From an uncultured Candidatus Saccharibacteria bacterium (GTDB lineage: Bacteria > Patescibacteriota > Minisyncoccia > HO2-45-28): 64,000 nt of DNA. Of this stretch, positions 39,137 to 47,749 are shown in pieces; positions within the stretch are counted from its first letter, which is position 1, and each line of letters opens with the position of its first letter. The DNA is taken from NCBI GenBank assembly GCA_964412115.1, contig CAYPMM010000001.1, positions 764 through 64,763 on the forward strand, given 5' to 3'. The notes beneath the pieces were generated by a model. The model ran no database searches and was not told the DNA's origin. It worked only from the letters and a program-made list of their open reading frames with translations. Made by a program: the position numbers and the translations under genes.

Positions 39137-40417
39137 GTAGCCGATGGCCGACAAAACACCCAGAACCAGCGCCGACAAAAACCAAAATGTTGATGAGCCC
39201 GTAAACGATGACGCGCCCACGGCGGCGGTTTGAGTGTTGTTTGCCGAAAACTCGATTTCATCAACCGCGGCTTGAGCCTCTGACGGACCTTCCTGGGGTT
39301 TAACCTCAGGGCGCGCAAAACTCACCCTTGCCGTAAACCTTCCGTTTCCGGGACTTTCGACACCAATTTTTGTCACGCCGTCAGCGTCGTGGAAACTTTC
39401 GTCCGGCCTTAATGCTCCAGAATACGCCAGCTCGCCAGCAACGTCGCCTCTGGGATATAAAAGATAAGAAGATCCGGACGAAAAAAATTCAATTCCAGAA
39501 ATTTCCTCCGGAATAATCAAATATGTCTCTGCATCTATTAAGGTGTTTTTCGGAAAATAAAACGCTTCGTTTCCGTTGGAAAGCGCCCAGTACGAAATGT
39601 CAATTTTAAAATCCGTGGTATTTGCGATCTCAACCCATCCGCCCTTACCCGGTTTTACTTCGGAAATTTTTACTCCGTTTGAAATAACATTTACGGCTAC
39701 GGAAGCGCTCACCGAAATGCCGGAAATAGCCGAGTTGAAATAAACAATATACTTGCCCGGATAATTATACGAGTGGCTCGCAAGCCTTCCTCGAGCCGTC
39801 GTTCCGTCGCCGAATGTCCACAAAAAATCAGCGCTTTCAATCGGTTTGTTTTCCAAACCAAAAAGAACCCCTTCAAAATTTATTTGCGCGCCTGTTATGG
39901 CGACTCTGTCTCCTCCGATTATTTTCGCGCTAAATTCGTTTTTTGAAATACTTGCCGCTGGCGCGACTGGCCCTAAATCTTCCGACGAAGACTGGCTCTG
40001 GCCTTCTTGCTGACTTTCCTCTTCTTGCTCGCCAACAACAATTTGTTGCGCAACCTGCCAAGATTGCCCCGACTCTCTTCCAACCGCCCTTACGGTCAAA
40101 GTATAAATGCCGGCAGTTGAATCACGATAATAAAAAGTGCGATTGGCCGTATTTTTACTCATTACCGTGCTTGCCGGATTTCCTGATGAATTCAAAAATT
40201 CACCGGTTGACGAAGTTGAAGAAAATTCCAAGTCAATTGTTTCGGTTGTGTTTGTTTTCTCTCCGCTTGCGTTCTGAGACTGGATTGTTAAAGACCCCGA
40301 AATCTCATTCGGCAAAATAGTCTGCTGTTCGGTCGTGAAAACAAATTTGGCAGTAGGGTCTGCGGCAAAAATAATTGCCGGTAAAATAAAAGCTAAAATA
40401 AAAACCACGAGCTTCAT
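39107..40417 (-). CDS. secreted/cell-surface protein with PKD-like and lamin-tail (LTD) domains and C-terminal TM anchor
   Basis: Signal peptide MKLVVFILAFILPAIIFA; FTFGDGTTARG...HSYNYPGKY (PKD); WVEIANTTDFKIDISYWAL (LTD); C-terminal hydrophobic helix + KRKSSL. Confidence 0.55.
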   Translation of the reverse strand: MKLVVFILAFILPAIIFAADPTAKFVFTTEQQTILPNEISGSLTIQSQNASGEKTNTTETIDLEFSSTSSTGEFLNSSGNPASTVMSKNTANRTFYYRDSTAGIYTLTVRAVGRESGQSWQVAQQIVVGEQEEESQQEGQSQSSSEDLGPVAPAASISKNEFSAKIIGGDRVAITGAQINFEGVLFGLENKPIESADFLWTFGDGTTARGRLASHSYNYPGKYIVYFNSAISGISVSASVAVNVISNGVKISEVKPGKGGWVEIANTTDFKIDISYWALSNGNEAFYFPKNTLIDAETYLIIPEEISGIEFFSSGSSYLLYPRGDVAGELAYSGALRPDESFHDADGVTKIGVESPGNGRFTARVSFARPEVKPQEGPSEAQAAVDEIEFSANNTQTAAVGASSFTGSSTFWFLSALVLGVLSAIGYLFVKRKSSL

Positions 40418-40457
40418 ATAAAATTAGAGTAAAACAGACGTTGTAAATTTAAAAGAC

Positions 40458-40485
40458 TTGTAGTTTTGGCTGAATCATGTATAAT
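40458..40485 (+). promoter_or_regulatory. sigma70-like promoter for small plus-strand gene
   Basis: TTGTAG-16nt-TATAAT, followed by AAGGAG RBS and ATG at 40520. Confidence 0.5.
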
Positions 40486-40519
40486 ATATCCAGTTTGTTC
40501 CGCCAAAAAAGGAGAAGGA

Positions 40520-40780
40520 ATGGGCCTCAGGAGAATCTCAAAAGAAGTTGCAAACCGACATCCCAGCAAGACCGCCGATGAAGTTTTTGTAGGAAACCAT
40601 AGTTTTGAAGATTTTAAGCGCTTGCGATGGGCCACGAAAAGAGTGTCAGCCGATATCCCTTACGAAGCAAACGGCCATCCAAGCGACCGCCACGTCTCTC
40701 CAGTGTACGTAAAGAGCTGGGAGATTAAAGAAGACCCGCTCCTTACCCCCGAAGAGAAAAGAGCGTATCTCAACTCCTGA
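40520..40780 (+). CDS. hypothetical small protein (86 aa)
   Basis: ATG at 40520 7 nt after AAGGAG; only plus-strand gene inside a 14-kb minus-strand block. Confidence 0.4.
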   Translation: MGLRRISKEVANRHPSKTADEVFVGNHSFEDFKRLRWATKRVSADIPYEANGHPSDRHVSPVYVKSWEIKEDPLLTPEEKRAYLNS

Positions 40781-40790
40781 AAACGTCTTC

Positions 40791-42803
40791 CTAGAATTTT
40801 AAGCTCTCGCCCGGTTTTAAAATCTTGCCCTTGCCCGCCTCAATGCTTTTGCTTTGGGCGGGTTTTTTTTCTTCATCTTTTGCCGGTAATTTTTCGTCCG
40901 TTTTCATTGTTTCTTTAAGAGCTTCGCGAAGCTCGTCTAACTGCGATTTTTTATCTTTTTTCATTTCCTGCCACGCCTTGGCTTTTAACTCGTCAAGCGA
41001 CAAGGTTTTTTCGGGCGCCTGCCTTCTCACTACCGGCTCACCTCCTTGCAGAGGAGCCGGACGCGGAACAAATTGCCGCGCTGGCGCCTGACGCGTAGGA
41101 CGTTCGGCGCGCTCAGGCGGACGGGCTGGAAATTCGGAACGAGGCCTGTTTGCGGCGGCAACATTTGTGCTTGCGGGTCTATCTGCGTTTGCGGGTCTGC
41201 CTGCGCCTGAAGGCGCGCTTGGGCGAGGGGTTCTGGAAGTGTTTGAAGAAAACTCAATACCCAAAAGTTCAAGGCCTCCGCCAAACTCTTCCCTATGGCC
41301 TTCGGTTGAGGGAAGCGGTCTCAACGGACGCAGTTCACCGGCCTCAATTTTTTTCAAACAATCAGAGCAGTAAACCGGCCTTCGGCCGTCCGGCTTGAAC
41401 GGCAGAGAGGCCGTTTTCTGGCAAATCCAGCAGGGTGTTTCAAATTTTTCTCCTTTTGAAAATGCCGTAGCCGAACCTACCGCTACTTCTATTTCCGACT
41501 CTTGGGCCCCAGGCAAAGAACTGGCCCATTTTTTAATGTCGGCCTCGACATCCAGCGCGGGCCTGGCATATTGTTTACGCGAAACCTCGATTATTTCTTC
41601 CGGCGGCGCCATTTCGGCGGTAATCGCGAGCGGAGGCAGGGTTGCCGCCGAAAAAGGCCGGCTGGCCACGCCATTTACCATCAGCTTCAGATAAATCGCG
41701 TAATTAGGAAGATCCACCAAATCCTGGATTTCAAATTCGGGCGTTACCTCTTTTTCCAAAAACTCGGCATCAGTTGCCCCCACCCGAAAAAAAATCATGG
41801 TACCCACGTTTCCAAAAACCGCATCGCGAACCCTGGTGGAAGTTTCGGTCACAAGCTGTCCCACATACTGGTGGGCAAGAACCAAATTAAGGCGGTATTT
41901 TCTGGCTTCGGAAAGAATGGAAGCAAAAGCTTCGGTGGTAAAATTCTGAAACTCGTCAACATAAAGATAAAAATCCTTGCGCTCCTCCTCCGGAATCCTT
42001 ACCCGCTCCATGGCCGCCAGCTGAACTTTGGTAATGAGCATCGCGCCCAAAAGCGCGGAATTATCTTCGCCTATTCTTCCTTTAGAAATGTTAGCCAGAA
42101 GTATTTTTCCCTGATTCATCAACTCAAAAACTTCAAAGCTTGATTTCGGCTGTCCGACAATGTTGCGGATGAGCGAGGTGGAAAGAAACTGCCCGACTTT
42201 GTTTTGAATCGGCACAATCGCCTCATTCCTGAATCTCGGTTCCCACACTTCGTATTCATTGAGCCAAAAAGCGCGCACAACCGGGTCGGTGACGTTGGCG
42301 ACAATTTTTTGACGATAGTCCCTGTCGGTTAAAATTCTTTGGATGCCGAGAAGCGTGGTGCCCGGAGTTTCAACCAAAGCCAAAATGCAATTTTGCAAAA
42401 TGTATTCCATTCTAGCCGACCATACATTCGCCCAGATTTTGGTGAAAATTCCAATTAAACCTTGCGCCACAAGGTGCTTGTATTTTTTGTCGGGAACTTC
42501 CAAAACATTAAAACCGAGCGGATAATCGGTATCAGCCGGATTGAAGTAGATAACATCTTTGGCCCGTTCTTTCGGAATTTTGGTCAAAAGGTCTTCAACG
42601 GTCTCGCCGTGCGGGTCAACGAAACAAAGCCCGCGCCCGGAGTTGATGTCTTGGATGGCCAAATTTTTAATAAGCACCGATTTTCCGGTGCCGGTTTTTC
42701 CGACAACATACATATGCTGGCGGCGATCGGGAACAGAGATGCCAAAAATTTTATTTTCGCCCCTGAAATTGGTCTTTGCGAAATACGCGGTATCACGAGC
42801 CAT
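40791..42803 (-). CDS. VirD4/TraG/TraD-like coupling ATPase (type IV secretion DNA-binding domain protein) with C-terminal zinc ribbon and disordered P/R/A- and K/E-rich tail
   Basis: Walker A VVGKTGTGKS, Walker B LYVDEFQ; CWICQ...CSDC ribbon; paralog at 43986-45476. Confidence 0.6.
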   Translation of the reverse strand: MARDTAYFAKTNFRGENKIFGISVPDRRQHMYVVGKTGTGKSVLIKNLAIQDINSGRGLCFVDPHGETVEDLLTKIPKERAKDVIYFNPADTDYPLGFNVLEVPDKKYKHLVAQGLIGIFTKIWANVWSARMEYILQNCILALVETPGTTLLGIQRILTDRDYRQKIVANVTDPVVRAFWLNEYEVWEPRFRNEAIVPIQNKVGQFLSTSLIRNIVGQPKSSFEVFELMNQGKILLANISKGRIGEDNSALLGAMLITKVQLAAMERVRIPEEERKDFYLYVDEFQNFTTEAFASILSEARKYRLNLVLAHQYVGQLVTETSTRVRDAVFGNVGTMIFFRVGATDAEFLEKEVTPEFEIQDLVDLPNYAIYLKLMVNGVASRPFSAATLPPLAITAEMAPPEEIIEVSRKQYARPALDVEADIKKWASSLPGAQESEIEVAVGSATAFSKGEKFETPCWICQKTASLPFKPDGRRPVYCSDCLKKIEAGELRPLRPLPSTEGHREEFGGGLELLGIEFSSNTSRTPRPSAPSGAGRPANADRPASTNVAAANRPRSEFPARPPERAERPTRQAPARQFVPRPAPLQGGEPVVRRQAPEKTLSLDELKAKAWQEMKKDKKSQLDELREALKETMKTDEKLPAKDEEKKPAQSKSIEAGKGKILKPGESLKF

Positions 42804-43050
42804 ACTTTAATTATCTCAAATTTATGTCAATTAATAAAATGTTAGACCCCCTTCCGTAGAAGGGGGTCTTGATACGTGGAGCGGCCAGCCGCCTTGGCGA
42901 AACCAACTTGGTTTTTCCCCAAGGGTTTTCGAAAATTCTCGACCGGCCGCCCCGAAACAAAAAGAACAAATGATTGCGGGGGCTATCGCTTGACCTGGCA
43001 TAGCCTCGCCCCTTTTCAATGTCGGTTACGATCCAGGTCCCGACTTATGC
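42804..43050 (-). ncRNA. candidate structured GC-rich 5' leader / cis-regulatory RNA upstream of VirD4-like gene
   Basis: ORF-free, GC-rich vs ~40% flanks; long-range helix GCGGCCGG/CUGGCCGC enclosing three hairpins; terminator-like hairpin GACCCCCUUCUACGGAAGGGGGUC + U-rich 35 nt before start codon. Confidence 0.35.
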
Positions 43051-43053
43051 TTG

Positions 43054-43081
43054 TATTGTAGCAAATACACAGGATTTGTCA
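43054..43081 (-). promoter_or_regulatory. near-consensus sigma70 promoter driving the structured leader
   Basis: minus strand TTGACA-16nt-TACAAT. Confidence 0.55.
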
Positions 43082-43202
43082 AGTCCTTGTAATGGTTCAA
43101 TAGCTTGTAACCACCCAAAAAGCCAAAAAATGGCTTAAAATAAGGAGTTTTGGGTTAATTAAAATTACTAAAATTAAAACAAAATTAAAGTTAAGACAAC
43201 AA

Positions 43203-43238
43203 GATAACAAAACATTGCGATAGCAACGTTTTGTTATC
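43203..43238. repeat. palindromic element A (GATAACAAAAC-N14-GTTTTGTTATC, core GCGATAGC); possible bidirectional terminator/operator
   Basis: 11-bp perfect inverted arms, A-tract before and T-tract after; near copy at 43869-43904. Confidence 0.5.
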
Positions 43239-43284
43239 TTTTGTGTTTTTAGCCCTGTCCACTATTTTTGGCTCTATTCACTTT

Positions 43285-43854
43285 TTAAAAAAGTTCAAAC
43301 TTCTCTTTAAGTTCGGCCTCATTGGTAATATATTTTGCCTTTATATAGCGAACGTATCTCGAAACTTCGAAAAATTCAGCCACAAAGTCAATTTCGTCTT
43401 CACATTCGTAAGGAGAAACAAAAACGCTTCTTTGAAACTCCAGCAAACCCAATTCTTTGACTTTTTTACGAAATGCCTCGCGCGCCGGTTTATTTTTTTC
43501 GGGGATATCATAAATCACAATATGCCAATCGCCTTTCCATGCTTTCGGTTTTTTAACTTTCATACTTTCAAATTCATATTGTAAAACTCTCTTTTTTCCA
43601 TCTTCTGTAAGAACAATCGTGGTCGTGTCGTCATCGTTATCCCTGAAATCCACTAACCTGTCTTCATAAAATTCGCGGATTTTGGACCAAAGATAACTTT
43701 TATTAATTTCTTTCCAGTCATGCGCACAGGCTCTTAAAATTTTAAAATATCCGTTTGGCGAAGGCGAAAAGCCGAGCATAATGCCGGTTGTCAGACGAAG
43801 CAAAATTCTTTGTTTTAAAAACGCTGTTTTGTTCATAAACCAATCATAAATCAA
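43285..43854 (-). CDS. hypothetical protein with Cas2-like (PaaX-C-like) ferredoxin-fold segment
   Basis: WHIVIYDIPEKNKPAREAFRKKVKELGLLEFQRSVFVSPYE resembles Cas2 beta1-alpha1-beta2 (YDI...K.L...G.R.Q.SVF); TTG or downstream ATG start uncertain. Confidence 0.4.
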   Translation of the reverse strand: MIYDWFMNKTAFLKQRILLRLTTGIMLGFSPSPNGYFKILRACAHDWKEINKSYLWSKIREFYEDRLVDFRDNDDDTTTIVLTEDGKKRVLQYEFESMKVKKPKAWKGDWHIVIYDIPEKNKPAREAFRKKVKELGLLEFQRSVFVSPYECEDEIDFVAEFFEVSRYVRYIKAKYITNEAELKEKFELF

Positions 43855-43868
43855 TCATGGTGTAAAAA

Positions 43869-43904
43869 GATAACAAAATCAAGCGATAGCATAATCTTGT
43901 TATC
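43869..43904. repeat. palindromic element B (GATAACAA-N20-TTGTTATC, core GCGATAGC) immediately upstream of Cas2-like gene
   Basis: same orientation and core as element A. Confidence 0.5.
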
Positions 43905-43926
43905 ATTTTTAAAATATATGTTTTAG

Positions 43927-43970
43927 GTGTGTTCTAAATGTGTTTTAAATATTTTAAGTGTGTTTTAAAA
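43927..43970. repeat. three imperfect direct repeats GTGTGTTYTAAA (iteron-like)
   Basis: copies at 43927, 43939, 43958 between element B and upstream gene stop. Confidence 0.4.
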
Positions 43971-43985
43971 CAAAATATCATGTTT

Positions 43986-45476
43986 TTACACAATAGGCTC
44001 GGGGGGCGAGTCGGAAGGCTCGGCGGCCAGCTCCTTGTTCGCGTCCTCCTCAACACTCGGTGTTGGGATCCCGGAAACACCGAGTGTTTTCCTGGGCGCA
44101 GGAGAAAGTCCCAAAAGCTCGTTTTCTACTTCGATTATTTTTTTCTTTACCTCGTCAACAGGGGCGGCAAAATTTTTACGGCTGAACTCAATTATTTCGT
44201 CCTTAAACGATGCGTGCGCCGGCGGCAGAACTTTCAAAGTTTCGGCAGAAAACGGGTCGGCGGTATCTCCGTCAATCGTCATTTTTATATAAAATTGCTG
44301 CATCCCGAGATTAACCATATCTTTAGCCTTAAACACCGGCGTCATTTCGTTTTCAAGTTTGGCGGCATCATCCCCGCCCACTCTAAATACAACAATCGTC
44401 CCGACATTTCCCAAAACCGATTCTCTGACATGGGGAATCAATTGGCCCATAAACTGGTGGGCCACGGTAAGATTGATGCCGTATTTTCGCGCCTCCGAAA
44501 AAATATTTACGAAAGTGGTCGTAACCAGATTATGAAACTCGTCGACGTAAAGATAAAAGTCCTTTCTTGACTCTTCGGGCATCGCCGCCCTGGCCATTCC
44601 GGCCTGTTTTATTTTGGTGATGAACATGGAGCCGAAAAAACTGGAGTTCTCCTCGCCCATTTTGCCCTTCGAAAGGTTTATCAAAATAATTTTTTTCTCG
44701 TTCATTATATTCTCAAGGTCAATCTTGTTTTCCTGCTGTCCAAAAATATAGCGCAAGTACGGATTGGCCAAAAATTGCCCCAATTTATTTACAAGCGGAA
44801 TTATGGCGTCGGTATCAAACTTTTCAGACCAGTCGGCAAACTCAATCGCCCAGAACCGCTTGACCATTTCGTCTTCAATATATTCAATAACTTTTTGGCG
44901 GTATTTACGGTCGGTAAGCATTGAAATCATCCCGCGCATTGTCGCCATCGGAAAATCAAGAAGGGCGAGCACGGTGAAGCGAAACACATGCTCAAGGCGA
45001 GGCGTCCAGTTCGCGCCGAATTGCTTTTCCATTACCTCAATTAACCCCTGCGCCACCTGATGTTTAAGGTCGGGATTTACGTTTTGCAGAGGATTGAAAG
45101 AAATCGGCCATTCGGTGTCCGACGGGTCAACAATTATTGTATCTTTGACGCGTTCCTCCGGGATGAAGTTCAAAACCTCTTCAATTACGTCTCCGTGCGG
45201 GTCCATCAGGCAAATCCCGTGGCCGAATTGAATGTCCTGGCGAAGCATAAGTTCCAGAAGTTTTGATTTGCCCACGCCGGATTTCCCGACGATATACATA
45301 TGCCGCCTGCGATCGCGGCGTTTTATGCCGAAAATAAATTTTTTTTCTTCAAGCCCGGCGACATAGTTAGTACGCCCGAAAAAAACGACTTCTTTCGGGT
45401 CAAATTGCTTATATATCGGGAGTTCCGGAGGAGGCGGCGCGTATTTTATTATTTGTATCTTTCCTTCTCGCGCCAT
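43986..45476 (-). CDS. VirD4/TraG/TraD-like coupling ATPase paralog (short form)
   Basis: Walker A IVGKSGVGKS, Walker B LYVDEFHN; same family pattern as 40791-42803. Confidence 0.6.
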   Translation of the reverse strand: MAREGKIQIIKYAPPPPELPIYKQFDPKEVVFFGRTNYVAGLEEKKFIFGIKRRDRRRHMYIVGKSGVGKSKLLELMLRQDIQFGHGICLMDPHGDVIEEVLNFIPEERVKDTIIVDPSDTEWPISFNPLQNVNPDLKHQVAQGLIEVMEKQFGANWTPRLEHVFRFTVLALLDFPMATMRGMISMLTDRKYRQKVIEYIEDEMVKRFWAIEFADWSEKFDTDAIIPLVNKLGQFLANPYLRYIFGQQENKIDLENIMNEKKIILINLSKGKMGEENSSFFGSMFITKIKQAGMARAAMPEESRKDFYLYVDEFHNLVTTTFVNIFSEARKYGINLTVAHQFMGQLIPHVRESVLGNVGTIVVFRVGGDDAAKLENEMTPVFKAKDMVNLGMQQFYIKMTIDGDTADPFSAETLKVLPPAHASFKDEIIEFSRKNFAAPVDEVKKKIIEVENELLGLSPAPRKTLGVSGIPTPSVEEDANKELAAEPSDSPPEPIV

Positions 45477-45477
45477 A

Positions 45478-46014
45478 TTAAATCGCGGATAATTCCTCTA
45501 AAGCTTTTCTATAGGCGCCGAGGCTTTTCATTGTTTCCTCGTGGCTCGGGCGGAAATTCGGCTCATGCGCTATGCTGTTTCTTAGTTTGTGCGCTTCCCA
45601 GATATCGTTTAAGACGGGTAACTCTCCTGGAGCAAGAGACCTAAGCCGTTCGGCCAGATTTTTACCCAAAAAACCGAGCCGGCCCATCGTTTCTTCAAGA
45701 AGAATGTCGGCCTCAATGATAGCCATGGCGTAACCCTGCGGGCCGGAAGTTTTGATTTTATTTACAATCGAGTCCCAGCGGCGTCTTGTTCTTAGTTTTA
45801 CCTCTTCTTCAAAATTAGCCTGTTTTTGAGGCGCTTGGTAAGCCCTGCGTCCTTCAAGAACGTATAATTTTTTCCTTAAGGGAAATGTTTTTATAAAGAC
45901 CCATGCCGAGAGCGCGAGAAGCGTCGGACCCAAAAAAATCAGGATAATTCTGATTCCGGAGTAAAGCCTTACCCAAAAACCCGCGTCAAACAAAAACCAA
46001 TCCGGAAAGTTCAT
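45478..46014 (-). CDS. membrane-anchored protein with HEPN-like Rx4H motif (DUF4145-like)
   Basis: Start set at internal ATG 46012-46014 to avoid overlap with upstream gene; one TM helix; C-terminal ...HKLRNSIAHEP. Confidence 0.35.
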   Translation of the reverse strand: MNFPDWFLFDAGFWVRLYSGIRIILIFLGPTLLALSAWVFIKTFPLRKKLYVLEGRRAYQAPQKQANFEEEVKLRTRRRWDSIVNKIKTSGPQGYAMAIIEADILLEETMGRLGFLGKNLAERLRSLAPGELPVLNDIWEAHKLRNSIAHEPNFRPSHEETMKSLGAYRKALEELSAI

Positions 46015-46042
46015 ATATTTATGATAATCAATAACACCGGTT

Positions 46043-47749
46043 TTATCCAACCTCGCGATTATAACATTCCTCGCAGTATAAAATATCCGGCTTTTCGGGC
46101 GAAAACGGGCTTGTAACTTCTTTTTCGCATTTAGCGCATTTACGGTTATAAAATTTAGGCGGATTGGTTTGGGCGAGCCGGTCCAAATGACGGCATTCCT
46201 GGCACTTTCGGGGTAATGGAAAATTCCACTTACGCAAAAGCGCGAGCTCTCCTGAAACAATTCTGAATCCCTTACCGCAAGCAGCACATCCGATAATTTC
46301 TTTGAGAATGTCGTCAGAAACGTCTTTAATGTCGTCCGGCAAGTCTTCGGATTTTTTTGTTATTTTATATTTTTGCGGTTCGTCGTCTTTCCACCGCCAG
46401 CCGGAGGCCAAAACTTCGTTTTTGGTTTTCGGAAAATAATACATCGCCCACGATTCGTTGTAATCAAAAAAACTCAAATTATACGGCAAAAACTCGCCGT
46501 ATTTCCAAACCTTTCCTTTTGAGTCCGTATAAGGATTTTTGTTCATGTCTTCAATAATCCGCGCGCGCAATTTCAAGTAATCCTCTTTTGAATACTGCTT
46601 ATTTAAAATACAATAAGATTTTTTAAAAAGGCCGACGCATCCGAAAATGTGCTGGCAAAAACCGGTCATCATTGAATAATCAATATCCAAGGTGCCCGAC
46701 AAAACACAGCCGAAACTAAATCTGACCGAATCCGCGCCTTCGCCCACGGTTATACATTCATAAATCCGCTGAGCATTGTTGCCCCATTCGGTATAGTCAT
46801 AGCAATCTTTTGTGGGACCCATTGAAATGAATTGTGCGAATCGGCAGTCCTCCGCCCCGGAAACTATATAGCTGTCTTTTACATTTTTAGACCAATAAAT
46901 ATAATCGCCCGAAGAATTTACGGCGTTTTGGCTGTGCATAAATTTTTTGGGGTAACGAAGCCAAAATTCTTTGGTTTTTTGTTTCAGTTTCTCAATTTCG
47001 CCGTATGAAGAAAGTTTGAATTTTGATAGTTCTTTTTGATAATCTTCTTTTGAATATGATTCGTTAAAAATATGATATTTCTTGCGCCTTAGACCGACAC
47101 AGCCGAAACAATCCGAGCATCCGGCCAAATCGCGAGAAAAATAAACATTAAAACAGTCTTCGCAGTCATCAGAAAAATGAACATTTGAATTTCTGGATGA
47201 ATTTATGTTTTCATAACAAAGCTGAATTTCTTCGGCAGAATAACAATCCATGGAATCTTTTGAATAATTTATAGTGTTGGAGTAGTAGCAATTTTCGTCA
47301 AAGTCGGCATCAAAAATCATATAGCAATTTTTTAGGTTTCCGGCGTGATTTACATATTCGCTGTTCACAAGCGTTGAGTGGTTGTTAAAAAGACCCGGGT
47401 AAGGTACTTTAAGCGATAATTCTTTTAATTGTTCAAAAAAACTGCGATTCGGGTCATAGTCCTGCCCGAATTCCATTCCGTCCCACTTGTCCGACCACCA
47501 GCACTTGGTGCAATAAACCTTAAACGGCTTGTCGGGAGAAATGTTGGAGAGTATGTCCTTGGCGCATAAACCGCATTTTCTTTTGTAAAGTTTCCGCGCG
47601 TTTCTGAACATCATTCTCCTTTGCATCCTGCACTCCGGGCAAAAAGTCGGCGCGGGGACTTTTATGCGCGCGTAAAATTCAAAATCCGCGGGTTCAATCG
47701 TGAACTCGGCTTTGCAATTCTGACAGGTTTTTGTTTCGGATTTATTCAT
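46043..47749 (-). CDS. Cys-rich zinc-ribbon protein, paralog 2 of 3
   Basis: 568 aa; N-terminus ~70% identical to paralogs; ATGA start/stop overlap with upstream RelE-like toxin gene. Confidence 0.6.
   Translation of the reverse strand: MNKSETKTCQNCKAEFTIEPADFEFYARIKVPAPTFCPECRMQRRMMFRNARKLYKRKCGLCAKDILSNISPDKPFKVYCTKCWWSDKWDGMEFGQDYDPNRSFFEQLKELSLKVPYPGLFNNHSTLVNSEYVNHAGNLKNCYMIFDADFDENCYYSNTINYSKDSMDCYSAEEIQLCYENINSSRNSNVHFSDDCEDCFNVYFSRDLAGCSDCFGCVGLRRKKYHIFNESYSKEDYQKELSKFKLSSYGEIEKLKQKTKEFWLRYPKKFMHSQNAVNSSGDYIYWSKNVKDSYIVSGAEDCRFAQFISMGPTKDCYDYTEWGNNAQRIYECITVGEGADSVRFSFGCVLSGTLDIDYSMMTGFCQHIFGCVGLFKKSYCILNKQYSKEDYLKLRARIIEDMNKNPYTDSKGKVWKYGEFLPYNLSFFDYNESWAMYYFPKTKNEVLASGWRWKDDEPQKYKITKKSEDLPDDIKDVSDDILKEIIGCAACGKGFRIVSGELALLRKWNFPLPRKCQECRHLDRLAQTNPPKFYNRKCAKCEKEVTSPFSPEKPDILYCEECYNREVG

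Noticed and set aside
41502-42143. 213-aa plus-strand ORF (plus 41150-41398, 41395-41694)
   Set aside because: Antisense to the VirD4-like ATPase. R/G/K-rich low-complexity translation typical of non-coding frames.
42840-43280. Possible tRNA, tmRNA, SRP or RNase P RNA in the GC-rich intergenic region
   Set aside because: No cloverleaf, no GGUUCGAAUCC-type T-loop, no GGAAAGUCCGGGC (RNase P) and no SRP domain IV motif could be recognised. Kept only as an unclassified structured-leader candidate.
43186-43905. Integron attC-like or IS inverted-repeat interpretation of the twin palindromes
   Set aside because: Arms do not fit GTTRRRY attC cores and no integrase/transposase is present. A terminator/operator reading is more parsimonious.
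43938-44570. 210-aa plus-strand ORF
   Set aside because: Antisense to the second VirD4-like ATPase. No RBS, and atypical composition.
40791-45476. Conjugative or integrative mobile element
   Set aside because: Only VirD4-like ATPases are present. There is no relaxase, VirB4, T4SS structural genes, integrase, att repeats or tRNA target. GC content of the coding regions matches the rest of the window.
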